From: Candidatus Dormiibacterota bacterium
GTDB taxonomy: Bacteria > Chloroflexota > Dormibacteria > Aeolococcales > Aeolococcaceae
DNA length: 64,000 nucleotides
Direction: 5' to 3'
Assembly: GCA_019245575.1 (NCBI GenBank)
Contig: JAFARE010000003.1
Coordinates: forward strand, 9,948 to 73,947
The notes beneath the pieces are model-generated. The model searched no databases. It saw only the letters and a program-made list of their open reading frames with translations, and was not told the DNA's origin. The position numbers were made by a program, and so were the translations under genes. Shown one piece after another: positions 36,123 to 45,071 of the stretch; positions within the stretch are counted from its first letter, which is position 1; the number at the start of each line of letters is the position of its first letter.

Positions 36123-36968
36123 TTACAGCGTGGCCGTGGGTACGGAGCCTCCCCAGACGGGCGGCGAGCCGCTGAGACGGCACTGGCCGGCCAGGTGACG
36201 CACCGGGAAGCGCCGATCCAGCTCGCGCGCCGGCAGCTGCACCAGCTCGTCGCGGTGCTCGATGGGGCACATGAGCAGGTGCGCGCGGCGCGACGCTGTG
36301 CACTCGATCTCCTCGCGGATGACGGCGCTCCAGCGCTCGTCCACCGCCGTCACGAGCGTCAGCGCGTCCTGCCAGATGCCCTCCCGCCAGGAGCGCGACA
36401 TGCGGGGCACGTCCCAGCTGGTGGCGAACACGCTGGAGAGGCCGCGACGGTCGGGCACCAGCACCTCGTCGAAACGCGCCACCAGGCACTGCAGGCTGTC
36501 GACCGTGTCGGTCACGGCGTCGAGCAGCTTGTCGAAGTCAGCCCGGCGACGAGCCAGCTGGGCCGCCGGGAGCGGCCACTCCGAGCGCAGCGCGTAGGCG
36601 AGCGCCTGGGGCAGGTCGTTGGTGAGATGCGCGCTCACGCCGAGCATGAGCGCCTCCGCCGCCTCGGTCGTCTGCGCCTGCGCGGCGCGGTGCGCCTCGG
36701 CCCAGGCGGGCGGGGTCACCAGGGTCAGGTCGTCGTCGCAGGCCTCCACCGTGACCAGGTAGTACTCGGCCCACTCCTCGACCAGATCGAGCACCCACCG
36801 GCTCTCGAGGTAGCGCCCGGCGCGGGCCACGGCGATTGCCGCGTCAAGCGCCATCGCGTGCGCGGCGGCGAAGTGCAGCCTGCGGTCACGCTGGACGCAC
36901 CAGCGGTCCACCACCGCCGCGAGGCGTCGCTGCGCCGGCGTGCGCGCGCCGTCGATGAAGCAGTCCAT
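36123..36968 (-). CDS. hypothetical protein (DUF5995-like)
   Basis: 281 aa, soluble and helical, with 'MLGVSAHLTNDLPQAL'. The family call is tentative. Coding is supported by position in the co-directional cluster. Confidence 0.5.
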   Translation of the reverse strand: MDCFIDGARTPAQRRLAAVVDRWCVQRDRRLHFAAAHAMALDAAIAVARAGRYLESRWVLDLVEEWAEYYLVTVEACDDDLTLVTPPAWAEAHRAAQAQTTEAAEALMLGVSAHLTNDLPQALAYALRSEWPLPAAQLARRRADFDKLLDAVTDTVDSLQCLVARFDEVLVPDRRGLSSVFATSWDVPRMSRSWREGIWQDALTLVTAVDERWSAVIREEIECTASRRAHLLMCPIEHRDELVQLPARELDRRFPVRHLAGQCRLSGSPPVWGGSVPTATL

Positions 36969-37039
36969 TGGCTGTCGAGATTACAGACGCGTACCGCCGC
37001 GCGCCAGCGAGTGGGCGAGAACTTACAAACGTTTACGCG

Positions 37040-37705
37040 TCAATAGCCGGCGGGGAATGTGAACGGCTGGGGTGGGAAGTCCGTGCCGACATCGAGCTGG
37101 ATGAGCTCGTGCGGCGTCATCTGGATGGCGCGCGGATCGCCGGTGTGCTCCTGGCCGTTCACGTACACGATCACCGATCCGGTGGCCGGACCCACCTGTG
37201 ATGACGTGAGCGGCTGGCCCCAGATGTCGAAGAACTGGCCCAGCGTGTACACGGTCTGCGTGGGCGACTCGATGTGGATGATGCCGTCGTTGGTGTGCGT
37301 GTGCATCCAGTAGAAGCAGCCGCCGTGGTCGACATACGGGCCCTCATCGGTGGTGACCTCGACGCGCGGCTGCGTGATGCCGATCCCCTCGGGGAGCACG
37401 CGCTGCTGCCCGTTCACATACACCGCGAGGTGCGCATGGATGTGATAGACGACCTGTTCGTTGGTCTGGCACTGGATGCCGTCGACGGCGCTGCCGCTGG
37501 GATTCGCCGCCGCGGCAAGCAGGTTCTGCACCGTCGGCGTGGTCGTGGGAAAGGGCGTGGCATTCGGCGGGGTGGTGGAGGAGGATGTGCCGCCCCGAGC
37601 CAGCAGCAGGATCAGCACCACCGCCACGACGATGACGCCCGCGCCGATCCCGTTCCACAGCCAGCGCCGGCGCGAGCCGCCTCTAGTGTGGCCCAGGGCG
37701 CGCAT
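37040..37705 (-). CDS. membrane-anchored secreted protein with His-rich motifs (hypothetical)
   Basis: A TM helix 'WLWNGIGAGVIVVAVVLILLLA', then 'YHIHAHLAVYVNG' and 'GGCFYWMHTHTNDGIIHIE'. I chose the ATG at 37705. The track ORF extends to 37921 but would overlap the divergent hydrolase gene. Confidence 0.5.
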   Translation of the reverse strand: MRALGHTRGGSRRRWLWNGIGAGVIVVAVVLILLLARGGTSSSTTPPNATPFPTTTPTVQNLLAAAANPSGSAVDGIQCQTNEQVVYHIHAHLAVYVNGQQRVLPEGIGITQPRVEVTTDEGPYVDHGGCFYWMHTHTNDGIIHIESPTQTVYTLGQFFDIWGQPLTSSQVGPATGSVIVYVNGQEHTGDPRAIQMTPHELIQLDVGTDFPPQPFTFPAGY

Positions 37706-37872
37706 CGCCTCCTCGCGGCGACGCTCCCGCTTGCGGCGTGACGCCGAGCGCGGCGCGGCACGGGGCGGCGGGGCGGGCGCACCCCTCTTGCGCGGCGGAT
37801 TCGGCACGTCTGGGACTGATAGCACATTCCCGGAGCCGCTCAGCCGATGTGGCGTGTGGCGCGGGTACGCTG

Positions 37873-38937
37873 ATGATCGCGATGAGTGAGCGCACCACCG
37901 CCCGGCACCCGCTCTTGACACTGGCGTCGCGTGCCATCGACATGGCCGTGCTCGCGCGGCTCACCAGCGTGGAGGTGCTCAAGCCGCCGGTGATCGACCT
38001 GACCCCGGCCGACCCCGCCGCCTTCTGGCGCGAGAGCCGCGTCTCGTCGCCGGCGCCCGTGAGGATCGCGGACGAGTGGACGCCCCTCGAGGGCAGGGCC
38101 TGGCGGGCGATGGAGCTCGAGGGCGACAGTGACGGCCCGGGCACGCACGCCGGAAGCCGGCGCCTGCTGGCCACCGCTCACGTCCGGCGTGACGCGTCGC
38201 CGGCGCCGGTGGTGATCCTCGTGCACGGCTTCGCGATCCCGTTCACCGGCTTCGACCGCTGGCTGGCCTGGCGCATGCGCCGCCGCGGCGTGTCCACCGT
38301 GCGCATCGAGCTGCCCTATCACCTGCGCCGCACGGTTCCCGGCCACGAGAGCGGCGGCGGCTACTTCAGCATCGATCCCGCCCACACGCGCGCCGTGGTG
38401 CGTCAGTCAGTGGAGGACACGGCAGCGCTGGTGGCCTGGGCGCGAGCGCAGGTGAGTCCCCACGTCACCGTGGTGGGCACGAGCCTCGGCGGCCTGGTCA
38501 CGACGCTGCTGGCCGCCGTCACCGACCTCGACCGCGTGCTGGCGATCGCACCGCTGTGCGACCCGCCGTCGTCGTTCACGCAGCGGCCGCCTGGTGCGCT
38601 GCAGCGGCGCATGGGCATGCTCGGCGAGGGCGAGAGCTTCTGGGGCCGCGACCGGACGATCGCGCGCCAGGCGCTCGAGGGCGCGCTGGCGCCGCTGGTG
38701 CCGCGGCTGCTGGACCCGGTGACCCGAGGCGACCGCATCACGCTGGTTCGCCCGGACAACGACCTCATCGTCGGCGCCGCCCCGATCGACGAGCTGGCGG
38801 CCGCGTGGGGTACCGCGCTGTGGATCTATCCGCACGGACACATCACGGTGATGAACGCGCCGGGCATGAGCGAGCGCGTGGTCGCGTACGCAGTCGACGT
38901 CGACGCGCACGACGGCGACCTGCGCATGGCGGGGTGA
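37873..38937 (+). CDS. alpha/beta hydrolase
   Basis: 'PVVILVHGFAIPF' and the nucleophile elbow 'VVGTSLGG'. The start (ATG 37873 or 37882) is uncertain. Confidence 0.65.
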   Translation: MIAMSERTTARHPLLTLASRAIDMAVLARLTSVEVLKPPVIDLTPADPAAFWRESRVSSPAPVRIADEWTPLEGRAWRAMELEGDSDGPGTHAGSRRLLATAHVRRDASPAPVVILVHGFAIPFTGFDRWLAWRMRRRGVSTVRIELPYHLRRTVPGHESGGGYFSIDPAHTRAVVRQSVEDTAALVAWARAQVSPHVTVVGTSLGGLVTTLLAAVTDLDRVLAIAPLCDPPSSFTQRPPGALQRRMGMLGEGESFWGRDRTIARQALEGALAPLVPRLLDPVTRGDRITLVRPDNDLIVGAAPIDELAAAWGTALWIYPHGHITVMNAPGMSERVVAYAVDVDAHDGDLRMAG

Positions 38938-39479
38938 TGTCGCGTGCGGCGCTGTTGCGCCGAGAGGGCCCGACGCACGACGGCCGGCGATATCTGCTGC
39001 GTCCAGCCGGCGACGGCGACGCCGAGGCGCTCATCGCCCTGCAGGACGGGGTCGCGGCTGAGGGCGGCCTGATCGCCGCAGCGCCGGGGATGCGAAGCGC
39101 GCTGGAGGAGAGCGTGTCGCTGGGCGTCCTGCTGGCAGGTGGCGGCCTGTCGATCGTTGTCGAGGTGGAGGGCGTGCTCGCCGGGCACCTGGAGGTGCGC
39201 CGCGGCAGCGAGACGCACACGCAGCATCGCGGAGAATTAGCCATCATTGTCGGAAACGAGCACCGTGGACAGGGGCTGGGCCGCGTCCTGATGAACACGG
39301 CGATCGAGTGGGCGCGCGCGGTCGGGCTGGAGACCCTCTCGCTGGGCGTGTTCGCCACCAACACGCGCGCCATCCGCCTGTATCGCGAGGTGGGCTTTGT
39401 CAGCGGCGGCCACGGGCCGACGCGCATCCGCACGCACGACGGTGACCACGACCTCCTGCTCATGAATCTCACGCTCTGA
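38937..39479 (+). CDS. GNAT family N-acetyltransferase
   Basis: 'LAIIVGNEHRGQGLGRVLMNTAIEWA' and 'NTRAIRLYREVGF'. The start overlaps the upstream stop (TGATG). Confidence 0.8.
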   Translation: MSRAALLRREGPTHDGRRYLLRPAGDGDAEALIALQDGVAAEGGLIAAAPGMRSALEESVSLGVLLAGGGLSIVVEVEGVLAGHLEVRRGSETHTQHRGELAIIVGNEHRGQGLGRVLMNTAIEWARAVGLETLSLGVFATNTRAIRLYREVGFVSGGHGPTRIRTHDGDHDLLLMNLTL

Positions 39480-39513
39480 GGCGGAAGAACGCTCCTGCTA
39501 TCCTCAGGATCGA

Positions 39514-40344
39514 ATGAGCGATTCGCGCCCAATCGGCGTGTTCGACTCCGGGGTCGGCGGTCTGACGGTGCTCCAGGAGCTTCGCCGTCAGCTGCCCGGC
39601 GAGAGTCTCGTGTACCTCGCCGACCTGGAGCGGTTTCCTTACGGGCCGCGCCCGCTGGCCGAGGTCCGCGAGCGCGCGTTCCTGGTGATCGAGCACCTGG
39701 CGGAGCACGACATCAAGCTGGTGGTGATCGCCTGCAACACAGCCACCGCGGCGGCGCTCAACGCGGCGCGCGAACGCTTCGACATCCCCATCGTCGGCGT
39801 CATCGCACCGGGGGCGCAGGCCGCGGCTGCGGCCACGCGCAACGGCCGCGTGGCGGTGATCAGCACGCAGGGCACGCTGGATAGCGGCGAGTACGTGCAC
39901 GCCATCAAGGAGGCGAATCCAGGAATCGCGGTGCTGGGACTGGCTGCGCCCGCGCTGGTCGACATCGTCGAGGCGGGGGACGCCGGCACGCCGCGCGCCG
40001 ACGAGGCGCTCCGTCCGCTGGTCGACGACATCATCGAATGGGGCGCCGACACGCTCGTCCTCGGCTGCACGCACTACCCGCTGCTCCGCCCGTCGCTGCG
40101 CCGGGCCGTCGCGAGGCGGCGCCTGCGAGTCATCGACAGCGCCGAGACCACTGCGTCGCGGGTGCGCCGTGTCATCGCCGCCAACCGGCTGCAGAACACC
40201 GCCGCCGGGCCGGCCCCGGCGCCGCGCGTGCTAGTCACAGGTCCGCCCGCGCGCTTCGTCGACACCGCGGCCCGCCTGTTCCGCAGCGACCTCGAGTCGC
40301 CGGTCGCCGTGCGGCTGCAGCCGCCGCTGGCGGTGGCGCGATGA
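39514..40344 (+). CDS. murI: glutamate racemase
   Basis: 'IGVFDSGVGGLTV', 'VIACNTATAAAL' and 'LVLGCTHYPLL', which contain the two catalytic Cys. Confidence 0.9.
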   Translation: MSDSRPIGVFDSGVGGLTVLQELRRQLPGESLVYLADLERFPYGPRPLAEVRERAFLVIEHLAEHDIKLVVIACNTATAAALNAARERFDIPIVGVIAPGAQAAAAATRNGRVAVISTQGTLDSGEYVHAIKEANPGIAVLGLAAPALVDIVEAGDAGTPRADEALRPLVDDIIEWGADTLVLGCTHYPLLRPSLRRAVARRRLRVIDSAETTASRVRRVIAANRLQNTAAGPAPAPRVLVTGPPARFVDTAARLFRSDLESPVAVRLQPPLAVAR

Positions 40345-41315
40345 GCGCCGTCGCCGAGGACCTCCTCGAGCCGATCGTCGCCGACCTGCAGGAGTTCGAG
40401 CGCCGTCTCGTGGACTCCATCGCCGCCGACCTGGGACCGATGGCGAGCGCGATGGAGCACATCGTGAAGGCGGGCGGAAAGCGCCTGCGGCCGGCGCTCG
40501 TCATCCTCTCGGGTCGCCTTGGGCGCGCCGACCGCGACGCGATCTTCAACATCGCGATGGGCATCGAGTTCATCCACACGGCGACGCTGGTGCACGACGA
40601 CCTCATCGACAACTCGCCCACGCGCCGCGGCATCACCACGATCCACGAGGCGCTCGGTCCGAATCCCGCGATCATCATCGGCGACTATTACTTCGCCAAG
40701 GGCGCCAACCTGCTCTCATCCATAGGGTCGCCCGCGATCGACTCCGCAATCAGCCACGCGGTGATGACCATCTGCATGGGTGAGCTGCTGCAGATGACGA
40801 GCCGCAACGACTACGAGCAGTCGGTGGAGAGCTACTACCGAAAGATCGAGCGCAAGACCGCAACGCTTGTGAGCACGTGCTGCTACTCGGGCGGCGTGGT
40901 GAGCGAGCAGTCGCCGGAGGCGGTGGAGACGCTGCGCCGGTACGGCTACAACCTCGGGATGGCGTTCCAGATCGTCGACGACGTGCTCGACTATGTGGCC
41001 ACGAGCGCTGAGGTGGGAAAGCCGGTGGGCGCGGACCTCCGCCAGGGGACGGTGACGTTGCCACTCATGCTTGCCCTGCGCGACCCGGAGAGCGGCCCCG
41101 CCCTGCGCCGCATCCTGACCACGATGCACCTCAGCGACGACGACTACGAGCGCGTGGTCACGCTGGTGCGCGAGTCGCAGGCGATCCCGGAAGCGGAGCG
41201 CCACGCGCACGACTTCGCCGCGCGCGCCCGCGCCGAGCTCGCGGCCTTTCCCGAGTCAGCCGCGCGCACGACGCTGGAGCGCATCTGCGACTACGTGGTC
41301 GAGCGTCGCTTCTGA
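40341..41315 (+). CDS. long-chain polyprenyl diphosphate synthase (HepT/IspB-like)
   Basis: The ATG overlaps the murI stop (ATGA). 'GGKRLRP', first DDxxD 'LVHDDLIDN', second 'QIVDDVLDY'. Confidence 0.85.
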   Translation: MSAVAEDLLEPIVADLQEFERRLVDSIAADLGPMASAMEHIVKAGGKRLRPALVILSGRLGRADRDAIFNIAMGIEFIHTATLVHDDLIDNSPTRRGITTIHEALGPNPAIIIGDYYFAKGANLLSSIGSPAIDSAISHAVMTICMGELLQMTSRNDYEQSVESYYRKIERKTATLVSTCCYSGGVVSEQSPEAVETLRRYGYNLGMAFQIVDDVLDYVATSAEVGKPVGADLRQGTVTLPLMLALRDPESGPALRRILTTMHLSDDDYERVVTLVRESQAIPEAERHAHDFAARARAELAAFPESAARTTLERICDYVVERRF

Positions 41316-41322
41316 GCGCTGC

Positions 41323-41898
41323 TCAGAGCGCGCCCAGGCGGCGCAGGTCCGCGCCGAACCACCATCCCCAGAGCGCCAGCGCGGCCGTCGCGGCGATGAG
41401 CCCGGCCGACTCCGCGAGCGTGGCGAGCAGCGTCGTGGCGCGGCCTCCGGTCGCCGCCAGCAGCGCGAACAGCCGCGCTGCGTCGACGGCGGCGACGAGC
41501 GCGACGATGACGAGGAGCACGCGCACGGTCGTGTATTCGCGACGCAGGCCGGCGCGCAGCTGCGTGGGTGTGAGCTGCTCAGGGCGTGCAGCGCCGGGTG
41601 ACGGCTCCGGCGGTCCGCGGCGGATGCGCAGCGCGGCGATGAGGAAGAACACCGCGGCGGCCCAGCCCACCCATGCGGTCTGCACCCCGGAGCCGTGCGC
41701 GATGAACGACGCCGGCCCGGACAGGCCCTGGCCACTGGCCAGTCTCGATGCGAGGTCAGCCTGCAGGCGGTACAGCAGGTCACCGCAGACTCCCGCTCCC
41801 GCAGCGGCGGCAATCACGATTGCGGCGCGCAGCACGATGGGCCCTCGTCCGAGGAAGACCAGCTCCGTGACGGGACGGCGTCGCTCCTCGGACGTCAC
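41323..41898 (-). CDS. hypothetical 4-TM membrane protein
   Basis: 191 aa with several hydrophobic helices. I recognise no family. Confidence 0.45.
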   Translation of the reverse strand: MTSEERRRPVTELVFLGRGPIVLRAAIVIAAAAGAGVCGDLLYRLQADLASRLASGQGLSGPASFIAHGSGVQTAWVGWAAAVFFLIAALRIRRGPPEPSPGAARPEQLTPTQLRAGLRREYTTVRVLLVIVALVAAVDAARLFALLAATGGRATTLLATLAESAGLIAATAALALWGWWFGADLRRLGAL

Positions 41899-41919
41899 CG
41901 TGGCATTGTAGAAAGCGCT

Positions 41920-42936
41920 GTGCGTTCACGAACCCGCAAGCGCGCGACATTGCGAGTCGCGACGTACAACATCCTCTGGGGCGGCGCGCGCCGCGAGCGG
42001 CTCATCCACGACGTGCTGGCGCGCATCGACGCCGACGTGGTGGCGCTCCAGGAGGTGTGCGATGTGGCGATGGTGCGCACGCTGGCCCGGCGGCTGCGCA
42101 TGGAGCTGATGCTCGGTGAGCCGAGTGATCCCGCGTCACGGTTCCACATCGCCATCCTCTCGCGCCTGCCGGTGCGCGACTGGCGCAACCGCAAGCACAC
42201 GGGGCGCATGCTGCGCTCGCACCTTCACTGCACGGTCGAGACCGGCGGCGCGACGCTGCCCGCGGTGGGCGTGCACTGCGTGCACCTGGCGGCGCGCTTC
42301 GGCGAGCGCGCCAAGGGCGAGGCGCGCCGCATGCGGGAGCTCACCGCGGTGCTGGGCGGCATCGACGCCGAGCCGGCGCTGCCGCACGTGCTCGCCGGCG
42401 ACTTCAACTCGCTCTCGCCGGGAGACGGGGTCGCCGCCACCGCGTTCTTCCGGCGCTACAACGCGCTGCGGCGCGCCGGTCTCGTTGTCGAGCGCGAGGC
42501 CGGCTACATCGGCCCCAAACCGCGGGGTGCAGGCGACGACGACTCGAAGCTCGACGCTCGCTGGCGCGCGGCGGGTGTCGACCCGCGGCTGGACGTGGGT
42601 GTGCCCTATCTGCCGCGCGTGGCCGGGCGTCTGACCAACGGGCTGCCCGTGAGCCCGGCGTTGGACCGCTTCCTGGGGCGGTTCATCGAGCGCTGGACCG
42701 CGGAGCGCATCGCCGCGCGCGGCTATGTCGACTGCTACCGCGCAAGGCACCCCCGCGCGCACGGCTACACGTGCGCGACGTGGCTGCCCGCGGCGCGCGT
42801 CGACTACGTGTTCGCCACTCCCGACCTCGCGCGCCACCTGGCGCACTGTGACGTCGTCGGTGCTCGCGGCCACGCGGATCCCGATGTGGCCGTAGCCTCA
42901 GACCACTTCCCCGTGGTTGCGGAGTTCGACGTCTAG
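41920..42936 (+). CDS. endonuclease/exonuclease/phosphatase (EEP) family protein
   Basis: 'LRVATYNILWGG', 'VVALQEV', 'LAGDFNS' and 'ASDHFPVVAEF'. The GTG start at 41920 is inferred. Confidence 0.7.
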   Translation: MRSRTRKRATLRVATYNILWGGARRERLIHDVLARIDADVVALQEVCDVAMVRTLARRLRMELMLGEPSDPASRFHIAILSRLPVRDWRNRKHTGRMLRSHLHCTVETGGATLPAVGVHCVHLAARFGERAKGEARRMRELTAVLGGIDAEPALPHVLAGDFNSLSPGDGVAATAFFRRYNALRRAGLVVEREAGYIGPKPRGAGDDDSKLDARWRAAGVDPRLDVGVPYLPRVAGRLTNGLPVSPALDRFLGRFIERWTAERIAARGYVDCYRARHPRAHGYTCATWLPAARVDYVFATPDLARHLAHCDVVGARGHADPDVAVASDHFPVVAEFDV

Positions 42937-42957
42937 GCGGCCACGTGCAGCGCTGGA

Positions 42958-43305
42958 TCAGATGCCCGCGGGACGCGACGCTCCGAAAATCAGCGCGATG
43001 ATCACAATCCATGCGACCAGGCCGATGATCCCGCAGACGATCCCAGTCAGCGCCATCCCTCGCCCCAATCCGCCCATTCGGTTTGCATTTCGCAGTCCGA
43101 TTGAGCCGAAGATGATCGCGAGGATTCCAAGGATGAGCCCGAATATGAAGATCGAAATGATCCCGAGGACGCCAGCAGCCGTGGCGATTCCATTCTTCGG
43201 AGCTGCCGGACTCCACTGCTGCTGGGGAGGGTATGGCGAATACGACGAGGGCGGTGGCCCGTGCGGCGGACCTGCCGGCGGCGTCTGCGGATTCAACTCG
43301 GACAT
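42958..43305 (-). CDS. DUF4190 membrane protein with Pro-rich N-terminus
   Basis: 'NGIATAAGVLGIISI...GILAIIFGSIGLRNANRMGGLGRGMALTGIVCGIIG', the DUF4190 pattern. Confidence 0.7.
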   Translation of the reverse strand: MSELNPQTPPAGPPHGPPPSSYSPYPPQQQWSPAAPKNGIATAAGVLGIISIFIFGLILGILAIIFGSIGLRNANRMGGLGRGMALTGIVCGIIGLVAWIVIIALIFGASRPAGI

Positions 43306-43378
43306 TTGAGCCTCCCTTCACTAGCCCAGGTCAGCCGGATAGTACTGATCCAGGTGGCCGCAGCGTTGGGCCTTCGCC

Positions 43379-43804
43379 TCAGGTCGGGAAGGGCGTGAAG
43401 GTCGGGAAGTCGGGCACGGTGGTGACTGTGTGCACGCTCACCGCGAAGATGATCAGAAAAAGGATTGAGATAACGATTGCGACGATGCCGCAGACGATAC
43501 CCGTGACCGACATGCCTCGCCCAGCACCACCCAGCCGATTGGCGCGGGAGTTGCCGATGAACCCGAACACTACGGCAAGAATGCCAAGGATGATGGACAC
43601 GATGTTGAAGATCGGAATCCAAGACGGGACCACGGCGATGATGCCGCAAACCCCGGCGGCAATCGCAATTCCGTTGCCTGGCGGTGCGACCGCGTAAGGA
43701 TGCGGTCCGTAGTAGTGATATGGCGGCGGCGATCCCGGCGGGACATAACCCGACGGAGGCGGTAGGGGCGGGCTGGGACGGTCGGAATGAGGTCCGTCGG
43801 TCAT
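43379..43804 (-). CDS. DUF4190 membrane protein (paralogue) with Pro/Tyr-rich N-terminus
   Basis: 'NGIAIAAGVCGII...GILAVVFGFIGNSRANRLGGAGRGMSVTGIVCGIVA', clearly paralogous to 42958-43305. Confidence 0.7.
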   Translation of the reverse strand: MTDGPHSDRPSPPLPPPSGYVPPGSPPPYHYYGPHPYAVAPPGNGIAIAAGVCGIIAVVPSWIPIFNIVSIILGILAVVFGFIGNSRANRLGGAGRGMSVTGIVCGIVAIVISILFLIIFAVSVHTVTTVPDFPTFTPFPT

Positions 43805-43855
43805 CGCTCAGGTCAGGAAGTGGGTTCGGACCACGTTACTGTCTGAGGTATCGCT

Positions 43856-44383
43856 TTAGACGCTTGGAGGAGGCGGAGGAGGCGTGCCCCCGTAGCCACC
43901 GCCGTATGACGGCGCCACTGGAGCCTCACCCGGAAAGCGGCTGATCACTACGAGGTAATAGAGGATTCCGTAGATGATCAGTGCGAAGATGAACCCCACG
44001 ATTGCGCCTGCTGCGCTGTAGCCCAAGGCATATATCCCGCTGTAGGCGACGATGTTGCCAATCAGGCTTATCAGAGCGCCGAGCAGCCCAAGGGCTATCC
44101 CATAGATCACGAGGCGCTTGCCATCGCGATTGAGGTTGTACATCTGAAAGCCGCCAATGGCAGCCAGTATGTAGGCGATCAGTCCAACGATCACCCCCAA
44201 ACCCCAGATGAGTTGGAATCCACCCGCGAAGGCGAAGACCGATATCAGACCCTCGAGCAGACCGATGAAAACAGCTCCAATCACCGCGAGGATTGCGAGC
44301 ACGAGCCCGAGAATCTTGGCGTTGACATTCAGCTTCACCGGCGGGTTGGCCGCAAACGGTGGATCAGTGAGCGTGTTGGCCAT
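43856..44383 (-). CDS. hypothetical 4-TM membrane protein with Gly/Tyr/Pro-rich C-terminus
   Basis: The ATG at 44383 gives 175 aa with four TM helices and a tail 'APSYGGGYGGTPPPPPPSV'. The DNA here is A/T-richer than the flanks. Confidence 0.5.
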   Translation of the reverse strand: MANTLTDPPFAANPPVKLNVNAKILGLVLAILAVIGAVFIGLLEGLISVFAFAGGFQLIWGLGVIVGLIAYILAAIGGFQMYNLNRDGKRLVIYGIALGLLGALISLIGNIVAYSGIYALGYSAAGAIVGFIFALIIYGILYYLVVISRFPGEAPVAPSYGGGYGGTPPPPPPSV

Positions 44384-44469
44384 GTGCCAGTTGTGCCCTC
44401 CAAATGTGACTGCGTTGTAGCGGCGCATGATAAGGCCTGCGCCTGGCTCGGGTGGAAGGTTTGCGTCGC

Positions 44470-44922
44470 TTAGTCGAACGTGTCCTCCTGCAGCATCTGG
44501 CGCACCGTCATCCTGGCGCCCTCACGCGGCCGCTTGAGCCAAGCGGCGACGCCCAGGGCGATGGCCGCGAAGACAGCGAGCAGAAATCCAAAGCCCAGCG
44601 ACCTGCCGCCGCCCATCGCGTCGAGCACCAGCTGGAGCAGCACGGTGCCGGCCGCGACAGCAGCGACGACGCTGAACGCCTGCCGCTCGTCGAGGCGCTC
44701 GCTGATCACGTCCTCGATGACGCGGTGACGCATCAGCAGCAGCAGCGCGGTCGCTGCGATGGCGAGGAAGAAGAGGTCTCCGAGCAGCGACGCGCGGAAC
44801 CCGTTGACCGTCACGCGGGCCGTGGCTGACATGTAGCTGTACCAGGGCACGAAGGCTGCGATGAGCCCCAGCAGCACCGCCAGTGCGGCCGCGCGGTCGG
44901 CTCCGTTCACCCGTCTCAACAT
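44470..44922 (-). CDS. hypothetical 4-TM membrane protein
   Basis: The ATG at 44922 gives 150 aa. Hydrophobic helices. No family recognised. Confidence 0.45.
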   Translation of the reverse strand: MLRRVNGADRAAALAVLLGLIAAFVPWYSYMSATARVTVNGFRASLLGDLFFLAIAATALLLLMRHRVIEDVISERLDERQAFSVVAAVAAGTVLLQLVLDAMGGGRSLGFGFLLAVFAAIALGVAAWLKRPREGARMTVRQMLQEDTFD

Positions 44923-45071
44923 GCCGGGATCCCTCTGATGAACCGTGGTGTGATGCCCGGACGCCGCAAGCCGCGACCGGTGTGCGTGATTGGTTCGAGC
45001 GGATGGTAGCAGCACATCGGTTCGTGTCAACGCCGTCTGGCGCGTTCGCGCTGATCGCGCGACGGGGTCCG

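Noticed and set aside
37706-37921. Upstream extension of the His-rich secreted protein ORF.
   Set aside because: It would overlap the divergent alpha/beta-hydrolase gene start and encodes Pro/Arg-rich low-complexity sequence. The internal ATG just before the TM helix is more plausible.
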